A stretch of 64,000 nucleotides of DNA from NCBI RefSeq assembly GCF_006345805.1, contig NC_042998.1, positions 156,054,001 to 156,118,000 on the forward strand, read 5' to 3'. The notes beneath the pieces are model-generated. The model searched no databases, was not told where the DNA came from, and saw only the letters and a program-made list of their open reading frames with translations. This DNA is from Octopus sinensis. Its lineage: Eukaryota. The position numbers and the translations under genes were made by a program. Position 1 is the stretch's first letter, and each line of letters opens with the position of its first letter. Positions 39,887 through 53,280 of this stretch are shown one piece after another.

Positions 39887-40346
39887 ATTTCCGATCTAAA
39901 ATATCAATATTTTAAAATATAAGTTTAAAAAATAATTTTAAAATAATAAAAGTATCAATGAAAAATATAAATATATAATCTATATATAACCTATATATAA
40001 TCCATATATAATCAATATATAATCTAAAATAAACCCTATCAACAATTAAATATAAAACAAAATAAAAATAAACTATATACACACACATACGCATACACAT
40101 ATAACTAAGTATATATAACCATATCTAAATACATACACTAACTCACACACCTATATGAGTGTATGAGTGCTATGTAATTGAGTGGGATTATTTATGCAAT
40201 TGTATACATGAATGTTTTGAATGTGCGTATGTTTGCACCCGTCTGCGTGTACACACTCATATATAAATATAAATATATTAATATTTATTTACTTTTTTGA
40301 AAGACTGTTTTTTATATATATGTGTATGTGATGATATGTGTGAATG

Positions 40347-40378
<32 letters not shown>

Positions 40379-42431
40379 ATGTTTATGTTTGTATATGTAT
40401 TTATTTAATAATTTATTGAGTGTGGAAATGAATATATTGGTGTATATATCGAGGTTTGTATGTATGTATATGTTTGTGGGTGTGTGTATATATGTGTGTG
40501 TATTTGTGTGTATTGTGTTTTGGTAAGGGGTTTTATCTTTATATTTGTATGTATGGATTTCATTTATCATGATTATTTTATTTAGAATTTTTTAGTAGTT
40601 TAGTCCCCATGCATTATAGCTTGGTTTGTTGTTCATGGTAGTTTTTTATTGGGTATTGTTTTGTAGCCATTTATACGTATATTTGGATGTCTAGGAGAGT
40701 GTCCGTGAATATGTATGTTGCATGGGTGTGTGTGCATGTGTGCGCGTGTATAAGTGCATGTATAGATGTGGGAGTGCATGGTGCTATGTAAAAGTGTGTG
40801 CTTGTGTATGCACTTGTATACATGCATGATTGATGTGCGTGAGATTGCACCCATTTTTAAGGATGTATATGTTTATTTTTCTGTATGGGTGTGGGAGTGA
40901 ATTTTTGGTGTATATATCGAGGTTTATACGTATGTATAGGTATGTGTGAGTGGGGTGGGTATTTTTATATGTCGTGGGTGTGTGGTTTACGTGTGTGTAT
41001 TTGTGTGTGAATGTATAGGTTAGGGGGATTGTTATATAGGTATGTTATAGTGTTTAGTAAAGGGAGATTTTATCATTATATGTATTTATGAGTTTTAGTT
41101 TATCATGGTAGTTTTATTAAAGAATTTGTAGTAATTTATGTCTATTTAAGATGTTTGTTATTTTATTACATTATTCCATTCATAATTTTTAAGTAATGTT
41201 CGTTTACCACGCGCAAAGAATTTTTAATTCCATTTATTCCATTCATAATTTTAAATGACGTTCGTTTACAGAGCGCGAAGACTTTTTATACATATGTTAG
41301 GTTCCTATGGTAACGTAATTTTGTTTGACGTTATAACAGCTAGAGTTTAATTTCACTTCATAAATTGAAACTGATTTGAAAGTATGTATATATTTTTTCT
41401 CCTTATGTTAATCTTATTACTTATGATATTCTGGTTACTTATGAAGTATTTTATATATCGTATTATGTGTAGTAATGTTGTTTTTCTTTTGAGTGTTTAT
41501 GTATGTGTGAATGTGTGTGTGTGTGCGTATTTTGGTTGTGTAATTTATTTATCTGTATGAGTGTGGGTGTGAACATATTGTTGTATATATCGAGTTTAGT
41601 ACGTATGTATATGTATATGTGAGGGGGTATACGTATATGTTGTGTGTGTGTGTTTTACGTATGTGTATTTGTGTGTGAATGTATATATGGAGATTGCTAT
41701 ATAGGTATAATTGTGTATGGTAAAGGGAGTTTTATCATTATATGTATATATGGGTTTCATTTATCATGATGGTTTATTAATGATTTGGAGTAAATTCTGT
41801 ATATTTACGTTGATTATATATTATTCCATTCATAATTTAAAAAAAAAGTTCGATCACCACGTGCAAAGAATTGTTTATTTTTCTTTTGAGTGTTTATGTA
41901 TGTGTGAATGTGTGTGTGTGTGTGTGTGTGATTGTTTGCGTAATTTATTTATCTGTATAGATGTGGGTGTGAATATATTGGTGTATATATCGAGTTCTGT
42001 ATGTATGTATATGTATGTGTGAGCGGGTATATGTATATTGTTTATGAATGTGGGTTGTATGTGTGTGTGAGGGAGTATGAATAAGTAATGTGTTGAAGTA
42101 TTTGGCTATTTTATTTATCTATCGTTGCCTAGACGTTTTTATGTGTATGTATAGGGATATATATATAGGTGTGTGAGTTAGTGTATGTATTTAGATATGG
42201 TTATATATACTTAGTTATATGTGTATGCGTATGTGTGTATATATAGTTTATTTTTATTTTGTTTTATATTTAATTGTTGATAGGGTTTATTTTAGATTAT
42301 ATATTGATTATATATGATTATATATAGGTTATATATAGATTATATATTTATATTTTTCATTGATACTTTTATATTTTTTAAATTATTTTTTAAACTTATA
42401 TTTTAAAATATTGATATTTTAGATCGGAAAT

Positions 42432-42475
42432 CCACCTGAAGATTGTCATTTGAAGACATGAAACAATTGTAGTGG
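42432..42475 (+). ncRNA. Minimal type I hammerhead
   Basis: CCAC-CTGAAGA-ttgtc-atttgaa-gacat-GAAA-C-AATT-G-T-A-GTGG. Confidence 0.78.
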
Positions 42476-42557
42476 CGGTTTTTTTAACTTTTTATTAAAT
42501 TTATGCATTGATTAAGTCTTTCCTTGTTTGTTTTGCAAAATAGTGGTTTGTCTCTAA

Positions 42558-42632
<75 letters not shown>

Positions 42633-42748
42633 TATATATTATAAGGTTATTATATATATATATAAAGACCAATATGGTCTTTTCCATACCCAAATCTACT
42701 AGGTGAAATTGATTAATTTTATTAATTAATTATATTCCACCTTTATTG

Positions 42749-42785
<37 letters not shown>

Positions 42786-43029
42786 GTGTGTGTGTGTTGT
42801 GTATATATATATGTGTGTATATGCCTGTATACCTCTGTGTGGATGTATGTATATGGGTGTGCGTACGGAAGTATGTGTATGTGCATGTAGATGTGTGTGT
42901 ATGTATGTGTATGTGTATGTATGTATATATATGTATATATATACGTATATATATGTATATATACATGCGTGTATATATCTGTGTGTGTATATATGTGTAT
43001 ATATGTATGGGTATATATTTGTGTGCGTA

Positions 43030-43072
<43 letters not shown>

Positions 43073-43199
43073 ATGTATGTGTGTGTATATATATATGTGT
43101 GTATATGCCTGTATACCTCTGTGTGGACGTATGTATGTATATGGGTGTGCGTACGGATGTATGTGTAAGTAGATGTGTGTGTATGTATATGTATGTGTG

Positions 43200-43230
<31 letters not shown>

Positions 43231-44271
43231 GTGTGTATATATATATATATATATACATGCGTGTATATATGTGTGTGTATATATGTATGGGTATATATGT
43301 GTGTATATGTATGTATGTATGTGTATGAGTGTATAAGTACGGATTTGTTGGGTTTCTTTTTTTATATATATAGATAGATGTGAGTGCGTGTATGTGCGTA
43401 GGTATATGTATTGGTATGGGCATGTGTATATGTATATATGTATGTATGTGTATAGATATATGGATGTATGTGTATGTAGGTATGTATATGACTGGTGTAG
43501 GTATATATGTGTATGTATATGTAGGTATATACGTGCGTGTATGTGTATATATGTGTGTGTATATATATATATATATGTATATATATATGTATATATATAT
43601 GTATGTGTGTATACATGTGTATATATATATATATATATATATACATGTGTATATATGTGAACTAGTCTTCTGTGTGTGTGCAGATGTATGTATGTGTATG
43701 CGTGTAGATATGAATCTGTAGGTACGTCTACGTATGCGTATATATGTGCACGTATGTATATGTATGAGTGTAGGTAGAAATATGTAGGTATGCTTTTATG
43801 TACACGTGTATGCGTGAATGTGTGCTAATATGTACTTAAAGGCGTATGGATGTGTATATATGCGTATGTATGTTTATATGCACAAATGTCTGTATATAGG
43901 CATATGAGTCTATATATGTGGGCAGATATTCTTGTGTGTTTATGTGTACTGAAGTACATTTATATATGTGGTTTTGTGTGTACATAGCTATGTGTACGTT
44001 TATGTGAAAGTCGGTACACTTATGTATGTATGAATATAACACGTGCGTCTGTGTATGTGTATGAGTGTGCGTGTGAGTGTGTGTGCGTGTGTAAGTGTTT
44101 GTGTTCGTATCAGTGGGTAGAAAGATAGAAAGGAAGGTAGAGGGGCAATAAATGGTTTTTTAAGCCAGCTAGCCAAGCTCCCTTGGGAGAAACCTACCTC
44201 TGTGTCGGCCTCGTTGGTCGAGGTCAAATAAAAACAATATATATATATGTATGTATATATATATGTGGTGT

Positions 44272-44336
<65 letters not shown>

Positions 44337-44347
44337 AGTGTGTATGA

Positions 44348-44383
<36 letters not shown>

Positions 44384-44724
44384 ATATGTGAGCGTGTGTG
44401 TATGGGGGTGTATATCGTCTTTTATATTTATTTATTTTACATATATATGTGTGTAGATATTTGTGTGTATGTATGAGTATGGGTATGGGTGAGTACGTAG
44501 ATGTATTTAAATGGGTGCATATGTACATGTGTATATGGATGTATTGGGTATGTGTATGTAAACTCTATTATTCTATTTATTCTTTTATCTACTTTATCAC
44601 TGATTCCTTTGACCACTCCCCTAAGAATGATAGTTTGCGCCATGCCTACCCCAAAAAGTCCCCCACCACCACCCCTAAACCAACCTGCCTAAGTTTATAA
44701 ATGCCAAAACTATTCTTGTCACCT

Positions 44725-44775
44725 AGCTTCCTGATGATTTCTTTTGAATGAAACAGTTCTAGTCCTGTAGAAGCT
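44725..44775 (+). ncRNA. Type I hammerhead, 3' end of the PLE
   Basis: AGCTTC/GAAGCT stem I; CTGATGA 44731-44737; ACAG/CTGT stem III; GTA site at 44767-44769. Confidence 0.72.
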
Positions 44776-44856
44776 CCTTCTATAAAATAAATTAATTTAC
44801 TCTGCTATGTATTGAGTACCTTATTTACTGTGGTTATCCCCGAATCAACCCGGACC

Positions 44857-45195
<339 letters not shown>

Positions 45196-45351
45196 CTCAT
45201 CAATGGCAGAAGGGGCGACCAGATCTGGGAGCTGTTTCCACAGAGTTCCGACCATGTTTGAATTCACGATGCCAGCGTTTTACAAGGTCATATGATGTAT
45301 TCCAACTGGTGAAGGAGAAATATTATTTAATAAATATAATATATATTTTTT

Positions 45352-45495
45352 GGAGAGGCTTTGTGGTAAGTAGCTTGCTTACCAACCACATGGTTCCGGC
45401 TTCAGTCCAACTGCATGGCACCTTGAGCAAGTGGATTCTACTATAGCCTCGAGCCGATCAAAGCCTTGTGAGTGGATTTGGTAGACGCAAACTTT
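45352..45495 (+). mobile_element. tRNA-derived SINE fragment (second family; related minus copy at about 63180-63335)
   Basis: gtggtaagtagcttgc...ggttccggcttcagtcc...aaagccttgtgagtggatttggtagac. Confidence 0.75.
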
Positions 45496-45927
45496 TTCTC
45501 TTGATATGACATAATTGCTTTCATTTTGTTTAAAACTTCGTCGTTGTAACGTTTTTGCTTTCATTTTGTGGTGGACAGCTATCACACAGAAAATGCTAAC
45601 TTCCAAATTCTGATTTCTGACTGGGTAAAAGTTATAAAACCTCTGTAATATTTTTTTAGATTTCTTCTGGAATCATAAAATCGGATTCAGCGTGAAAAAT
45701 TACATCATTATATTAAATTTGAAAATTTTCATATAATTTTAAAATTTCAAAATCTGTGAGAGCAGCAGAAAAAATCCCTCTCTCTATCTGTCTATCTGTC
45801 TCTGTCTTTTACGCTTTTCTCATTGTAAACTTTGTCCCTCTCTATATATATTTACTACACTCTCTCTCACTCTTCCTCTGTATATGCATATCGCTCATGA
45901 TGCGTGTGTGTGTGAGTGTGTGAGTGT

Positions 45928-45964
<37 letters not shown>

Positions 45965-46248
45965 GTGTGTGTGTGTGTGCGTGCGTGTGCGCGCGTGCGT
46001 GTCAGTGTGTGTGTATGTTTGAGTGTAAGGAATTTCATTAAGGTGACAGAGTTGAAAAATCTCTACAAGACATCAGCGGCGAGCTCAGGAAACATAAGCC
46101 TTCGTTTATCGAGACATAGCACATTGCCCAAAATAATGCAGAAATCGCTCCTGTTGAAGAAGCCTGTTGGCCGGGGAATTACGATCTAACATGGAATAAA
46201 AAAATTGAAAGTACGACATTGTTTTGTGAAATTTGTCTGGCAACGATG

Positions 46249-46332
<84 letters not shown>

Positions 46333-46749
46333 ATCTCTGTACGAGGTATAAACAGTAACTGCACGACAATGTGAAGTATATTTGTCATCTAAATGTGGCT
46401 AACCACTAAGGGTGGATGTTACTGTAGCTTGTAGCCCCAGGAGAACATCTTCTCCAGCTGGCTATTGACACACTTTCTGTGCCCTATCGGTCTTTGCAAA
46501 GGGAAGCCATCCTTCCCATCATCGACCTGACGTGATACGCACGGGCCCGGGTTTCTGGGTATTTACCCGTTATCAGCGCACAGTGTAAACAAGCAATAAT
46601 AAATCCCTGTCGTGCAGTTACTGTTTATACCTCGTTCAGAGATTTATTTTTGCTTGTTTACACTTTTTCACGGTCAGTCACGAAAAGTCACTGGAAAAAA
46701 GATATATGTATTTGCATTGGGACCCCTTCGCATCGAAGACCGGTGATTG

Positions 46750-47606
46750 ATACGAAGAAGGAGTCCCAGGAGTTGAGTGTCGGCTTTTCTGTGTTGGTGG
46801 TTATGATATTGTGAGTTATCGAAATTGTTACTATTGAACGTATTATGATTGTTGAATATTTGAAAATTGTTTTATTGCTTCCCACTGTTGGGTATGCCAA
46901 CTGCGAGTTACGTGGAAGCATCAGAAATAACAATAGATAAGAAAAGTCTTAAAAAATATTTTGAAAGTTTCAAGAAAGAAGGAGATTGCCTTCGAATTGT
47001 ACCGCCGAAGGACGCTGTAGAAAAACCGGAAAAGAAGATCATCGTTTACAAAACGTTAAATGTAGCTACAAAAAAGATTGAAGTAGCAGACATAGAAAAA
47101 ATTGAAGAATGTTTAGAAGAGATAAAACACAGGACCACCTTCTACGCAAGAGGAAGGAAGTATGCTACTGTAGAGGTGCGTTTTACAAGTGAAGAAGCGA
47201 TGAGACACGCCCCTATGGCCTTGAAAACAACTAGGTGGGTACTCTTACCTACCTATTGCGGAAGACGAGCCGCGAGAGTGAGTATTGGAAAAGTGCCACC
47301 GGAGATTGATATAGAACGGCTGGTAGCTGCCATAATATATAACTGTAAAGATGAGGTGGAAATCCTCAAAGTAGGAAAGTCAAGAGATATCAACTGGTGG
47401 GGGTTATGGTGTAGAAGCCTTGATACACATAACCCTGCCGGATTTGCATAATATTTCAGAGTAGTTGGTGCTCCTCGATGAGACCCGACTGAGAGTCGTG
47501 GTGGAGAGGAGACCTCCAGTATGTTGTAAATGCAAAAGCAGGGGGCACATGAAGGCGAGGTATCCACTAAGAGAGTTGAATGTGGAAGAGATAGGTTTGC
47601 AACGAC

Positions 47607-47672
<66 letters not shown>

Positions 47673-48727
47673 AGAGAGAGGAAGAAAAATAAAAAAAAAA
47701 TGAAAGAGAGGAAGGAAAAGGGAAACCACCAATAGGTGACAAATGTGAATATGGGGAACATACGCAAGCGGAGTGTTCCTCAAAAGAATTACTGGTTGAA
47801 GAGACGGAGGTGTGCAACGATGCAGAAAGAGAGGAAGGAAAAAAGAAAAAAAGGATGAAGTAAAAGGGAAACCACTAATATGTGACAAGTGTGGATATGG
47901 GGGACATACGCAAACAGAGTGTCCCTCAAAAGAAATACTGGTTGGAGAGATAGAGGTGTGCAGCGATGCAGAGAGAGAGAGAGAGAGAGAGGGGAAGAAG
48001 GAAAAAAGGAAGGAAAAAAGAAGAATTAACTGTAGATAGAAAGAGAACGCGTGTGGAATCACCACCAAAAAGTCCGAGAAAAAAAAGAAAGGTAAAATGA
48101 AAATAACGGAGGAAATGGAAACGACAGAACGAACCCGAGAACCGAAGCAAACAGAGATTAGTGTAAATGAAAAGGAAATGGAAGTCAGAAGAGAGAATTG
48201 GCAGGACAGACTGGCAATGCAAATTGAAAATGTAGAACGAGAAGGGAGACCAAAAGGAAAGAATTTAAGAATGCTGGTGTTTTACATGAAGGAGATAGAA
48301 TTAGAAAAGAAGCAAGCAAAAATGAAGGAATTAATACGAGTTAAATTGGATCCGAACATGTTTTATAGTAATCATATAGCTATGATATTGGAGAAAGACC
48401 GATTGGAAAGAATGGAAGATTTGTTTCCTAGTGATATGATGAGAACGGGAGTACACGTCCGTTATGATAGTCTGCCGAATGTTGTTGAACAGGAAGTTTT
48501 GATGGAAATTGTAACAGACGAGAAATTTTAAAAAAAGATTATAAACTGTATAAAAGAACAGTAAAATGAAACTGCGAGCTTTGGGGGGCTCGTAAGCCAT
48601 TCCATTCCATTCATTGTAAATATCCCATTTCATTCTTATTTTTCGTCATATGTACCCCATGTTTTGTGTTGTCTCTCCTTGTTATGTCCATTCTCTATTC
48701 AGCGTATATGCCTATAATAAAGATTTA
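46750..48727 (+). mobile_element. ORF1-only (HAL1-like) non-LTR retroposon with 18-bp TSD
   Basis: atcgaagaccggtgattg at 46732-46749 and 48728-48745; AATAAA at 48716-48721; no RT or endonuclease seen. Confidence 0.72.
46894..48531 (+). pseudogene. LINE ORF1p/Gag-like protein (RRM-like region, three zinc-knuckle-like motifs, charged C-terminus), frameshifted and split by (AG)n
   Basis: MPTASYVEA..YATVEVRF..RVSIGKVPPEI; CCKCKSRGHM, DKCEYGEHTQAEC, CDKCGYGGHTQTEC. Confidence 0.72.
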
Positions 48728-48936
48728 ATCGAAGACCGGTGATTGTCGTGCACTGATGACGGGTAAATACCCAGAAACCCGGGCCCGTGCGTCAGGTCGA
48801 CGATGGGAAGGATGGCTTCCAATAGGGCACAGAAAGTGTGTCAATAGTCAGCTGGAGAAGATGTTCTCCTGGGGCTACAAGCTGCAGTAACATCCACCCT
48901 TAGTGGTTAGCCACATTTAAATGGCAAATATACTTC

Positions 48937-48967
<31 letters not shown>

Positions 48968-49459
48968 ATACATTAAAAATGAAGTTCAATCTTGCTTGCT
49001 TGCAATGTTACACAGCCAAACTGGCGAATAATGGGAAAATACTCCGAAAATAACTTAACCCTGAAAGAGAAGGAACTCTAACCTTCCCATTAGACACATT
49101 ATGATGGGCAAAATATTTTAAAGTGAAAATGACTTTAAAAATACGGTAAATATTTCGTAAAAGACCCGTTCGTAACCTCGGTGTGAAATAGTTTTTTTCC
49201 ATAGGTTTCTTTCGAGTGCTTTCAAAATATGTCATCTCCAAAGATTTGGCTTCTATTTCTAGCACGCCCTGCCACCACGTAACAGTTATTTGCGCTAAAT
49301 GACCCAAAATAGGTGGTAGCAGGGCGTGTAAGAAATAGCAGCCAAATCTTTCCTTTTCTATGGAAAGGAACTGTTTACACGTAATTTCAATGCGAAATAA
49401 CATGAAAAAAGAACACGAAACTAAACTCCGTTGCTAGGAAACTCAGACTTCCACCTTTA

Positions 49460-49507
<48 letters not shown>

Positions 49508-50392
49508 TATGTAACCAATCGTTGTCCGGTAATGGAAATTTCCATAAAGGTTCATGTCAAATGATGGTTATAAATGACATGAGCGAGAAATGCAAATGAG
49601 AGAAAGAGAGAGAAAAAGAGAGCACTTGCAGAGGACGGTACAGGTTTTCTTGGTAAACTGGCAGTCACGTCACTTTGGTCTAATGTTAGATCACCTCACC
49701 AAACATGAAGGCTTACATTTTCTCTTCGATCCAAACATACATTCTCACGCACAAACTACAGACATTCTGTATAACAGTCTTCGGCAAGTAAACTTTGTTA
49801 CGTCAATATGGAAATAAATACGAAGCATTAAAACTAAATATTGTGGTTGGTTTTATGTAGGGAACAACACACAGCCTGGAAAACTTCTTGTTCATAGTTA
49901 ACCAATACAACTGAGTAGAGCGCTCAATACAAATATACGTGTGTCTTTGTATGTTTGGGTATGTTTATATTATATTGTACGTATATTACATTGTACAGGG
50001 TATCTTTTATCCATTATCTTAACTTGCTTTATCTATTATCTTAACAGCACTCCAGCAAGGCTGCAGTCTAATGACTGAGACAAGTTAAAGATAATAGATA
50101 AATGACATCCCATACAATGTAAACATATGACATGTATAAAATTATAAAATAAATTTTATCGATGAAGTCTTCATACTCTTTACTACCAATACTCCAGACG
50201 ATTTTTACCGTCCAGCGAAGCGTACACAAAATTACTCATCCAAAGAATACACGGAGTGACTAGCAACAGACGTTAAGTACTGATCGAAGTGGTTAGCCGT
50301 TAACTGGAACTTAAGTGAGAGCTAATACAGTATCTACCCGGATAATATATCCCTCCAAACTCATATTTATGTGTGTGTGTGTGTGTAGGTAT

Positions 50393-50632
50393 GGAGGCGC
50401 GTGACTTAGTGGTTAGGGTATTGGACTCATAATCGTAAGATTGTGGTTTCGATTTCTGGGCCGGGCGACACATTGTGTTCTTGAGCAAAACTTCACATTG
50501 CTCCAGTCCACTCAGCTGGCAAAAATTAGTAATCCTGCGACGGATAGGCGGCTCGTTCAGGTGGGGAATATATATGCCACATTGAAACCGGGAAATCAGC
50601 CCTCATTAACCTGGCATGGCTCGAGAAGGAAA
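50393..50632 (+). mobile_element. tRNA-derived SINE
   Basis: ggaggcgcgtgacttagtggttaggg...ggtttcgatttc head, then core and a microsatellite tail. Confidence 0.75.
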
Positions 50633-50678
50633 AAAAGATGTATGTATGTATGTATGTATGTATGTATGTATGTATGTA

Positions 50679-50771
<93 letters not shown>

Positions 50772-51285
50772 GCCTATATATATATATATCATCCAAATAA
50801 GATAAAGAAATACTTTAATAAATCTTTAATGATCAGTTACATTTGTTTCTGTACCAACTCTGCTTGCAACGCCAGTTTACGCAAAATTTGGAGTGAAAAT
50901 TTATAACTTGCATCAAAGGTGCGCGTTTGCGTAGTGCGTCTTCCAAGCACATTTGAGAGGAAACAAAACTAAATAAAAGTATCGTTAGGAGATGAATAAT
51001 TACTATAGAGAACATGTGAGAAGAAGGATGAAGAGGAAGAAGAAAATGAGGAAGCAGAACCCTCTTCATAGTTAAAGTTTTTCCTTGTCTTATCATTTGG
51101 AATATATTTTACTCTTCGTTACACCCAAACAACAGTTTTACCGTCTTAAACAGGATTTTCTACACCCGAAGAATTAGTCTGCAATTCGACAGCAGTGATG
51201 ATAGCTCAGAACTAGTGTTGATTGCTTCTTTGGAAATACTCTTCCTCCATATATTATCAGGACCTTATATACATACATACATACA

Positions 51286-51373
<88 letters not shown>

Positions 51374-51375
<2 letters not shown>

Positions 51376-51704
51376 ACTGAGAACATGAGTCTGCCTGTCT
51401 GTATGTGTGAATCTCTAATTTTATTCAACCGATTTCATTCAAATTTCACACATGTCATGAGCCAAAAGAATTTTCAACTTCTTGCCTAATTCGAAGCCAA
51501 AGCAATTTCTTATCTCTTACACTATCTCAGTATTGCGCGTAAAAAGTGAAACAATAAAATATCAATTGTAATGTGAGATACTTTCAGTTTTAATAGTTTC
51601 ACTATTAATACAGAAAAGTGAAACTATTATCTCACATATATATGCATACATACATACATACATACATACTTACATACATACATACTACATACATACATAC
51701 ATAC

Positions 51705-51792
<88 letters not shown>

Positions 51793-52053
51793 ACTGAGAA
51801 CATGAGTCTGCCTGTCTGTATGTGTGAATCTCTAATTTTATTCAACCGATTTCATTCAAATTTCACACATGTCATGAGCCAAAAGAATTTTCAACTTCTT
51901 GCCTAATTCGAAGCCAAAGCAATTTCTTATCTCTTACACTATCTCAGTATTGCGCGTAAAAAGTGAAACAATAAAATATCAATTGTAATGTGAGATACTT
52001 TCAGTTTTAATAGTTTCACTATTAATACAGAAAAGTGAAACTATTATCTCACA
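51374..52053 (+). repeat. Tandem duplication (417-bp offset) of a Helitron-like 5' segment
   Basis: taactgagaacatgagtctg starts at 51374 and 51791; related to 63705-63990. Confidence 0.85.
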
Positions 52054-52086
52054 TATATATGCATACATACATACATACATACATAC

Positions 52087-52117
<31 letters not shown>

Positions 52118-52267
52118 CATACATACATACATACATACATACATACATACATACACACACATATATCTATATTGTGAGACGATATATATATATACATGTA
52201 TATATGTATGTATATATATATATATATACATATATATGCAGTGTATACATTTGTACATATATATATG

Positions 52268-52307
<40 letters not shown>

Positions 52308-52588
52308 ACTGAAATGCGTTTTTACCGCTTGGATCGCTTTCAATGCCACTACATCCCGTCCGATTCACTCCAAAATTTACAGGGACATGTAAAATGAGGT
52401 GACGATGCCCGTGGGCTACCTTAGAAATCCCTATCTTAAAAGGTGTGGTTGCTAGGGGCCATCTTCCTCACTCACGCTATTTCTTCCATTCCCCTCTAAC
52501 TCCCCTTCATTTATAACTTCGTGAAACGCCGTTCTTTCTTCTCATCCCATCAAATTTTCACTCACTCTATTTCCTGCCAGCGCTTTCA

Positions 52589-52626
<38 letters not shown>

Positions 52627-52815
52627 ACGCCAGTCTGCATTCATAGAGAGAATTATCATCGCCACAACTTATGTATATGTCTTCCTCACTCACTCACTCT
52701 TTTTCCTAATGATAATTATCATCGCCACCACCACCACCAACACACAATACTCACTCTATTTCATACATTCCCATTACTTTCACTTCCTCAAACGGCCTTC
52801 TTTTATGTATCTGTC

Positions 52816-53280
52816 TGTGTGAAAGAGAGAGATAACTGGAATTTTTTACTCGGTTTTTGTAGTGCGTGCGTGTGTATGCATGTATGTGCATATGTACGTA
52901 TGCATGTATGTGTGTGTGTGTGTATGTATCTATGTATGTGTGTGCGTATGTATGTGTATGTATGTGTGTATGTATGTGTGTATGTGTGTGTATGTATGTG
53001 TGAGTGTGTATGTATATATGTACCTTTGCCTGTTTATGTAACGGTCTGCTATGTAGAAAATAATGAGGTTGACTCAATGGAAATACATACATACACACAC
53101 ACACATACATACATACACGCATACATACGCACACATACATACACATACATACACACACACATACATAGATACATACATACACACACATACATGCATACAT
53201 ACATATACACATACATGCATACACACGCACGCACTACAAAAACCGAGTAAAAAATTTCAGTTAAATCTCTCTTTCACACA
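52816..53280. repeat. Fold-back inverted repeat with microsatellite-rich arms
   Basis: tgtgtgaaagagaga...ttttactcggtttttgtagtgc is mirrored by gcactacaaaaaccgagtaaaa...tctctttcacaca. Confidence 0.85.

Larger units (their letters stand above)
39745..42570 (+). mobile_element. Nested non-coding element with inverted arms (about 39745-40155 and 42165-42570), PLE pLTR-like
   Basis: Arms are reverse complements and each has a minimal HHR; four diverged internal repeats (gtgtatatatcgag) at about 40435, 40905, 41580 and 41980. Confidence 0.75.
35794..44792 (+). mobile_element. 5'-truncated Penelope-like element with long inverted 5' copy (giant palindrome), interrupted by a nested insertion
   Basis: 35794-38637 is the reverse complement of 38800-39660 plus 42745-44792; GIY-YIG at the centre; HHRs at both outer ends. 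Confidence 0.85.
46328..48938. repeat. Inverted copies of a 270-nt hammerhead-core repeat (46328-46605 minus, 48743-48938 plus; junction copy 46608-46664)
   Basis: Direct reverse-complement match; CTGATGA-stem-GAAAC at 48753-48778. Confidence 0.85.

Noticed and set aside
29807-44700. Dozens of ORFs rich in Y/I/H/T/C/V/M
   Set aside because: They are translations of (TA)n, (CA)n and (TATG)n tracts, not genes (the mariner, PLE RT and GIY-YIG pieces listed separately are the exceptions).
35794-44792. Palindrome as a long-read fold-back artefact
   Set aside because: The arms differ by substitutions and repeat lengths and only one has a nested insertion; read-level confirmation is still needed.
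46024-46245. Possible solo LTR (starts TGTAAG, contains AATAAA)
   Set aside because: No clear CA end, TSD or second copy in the window.
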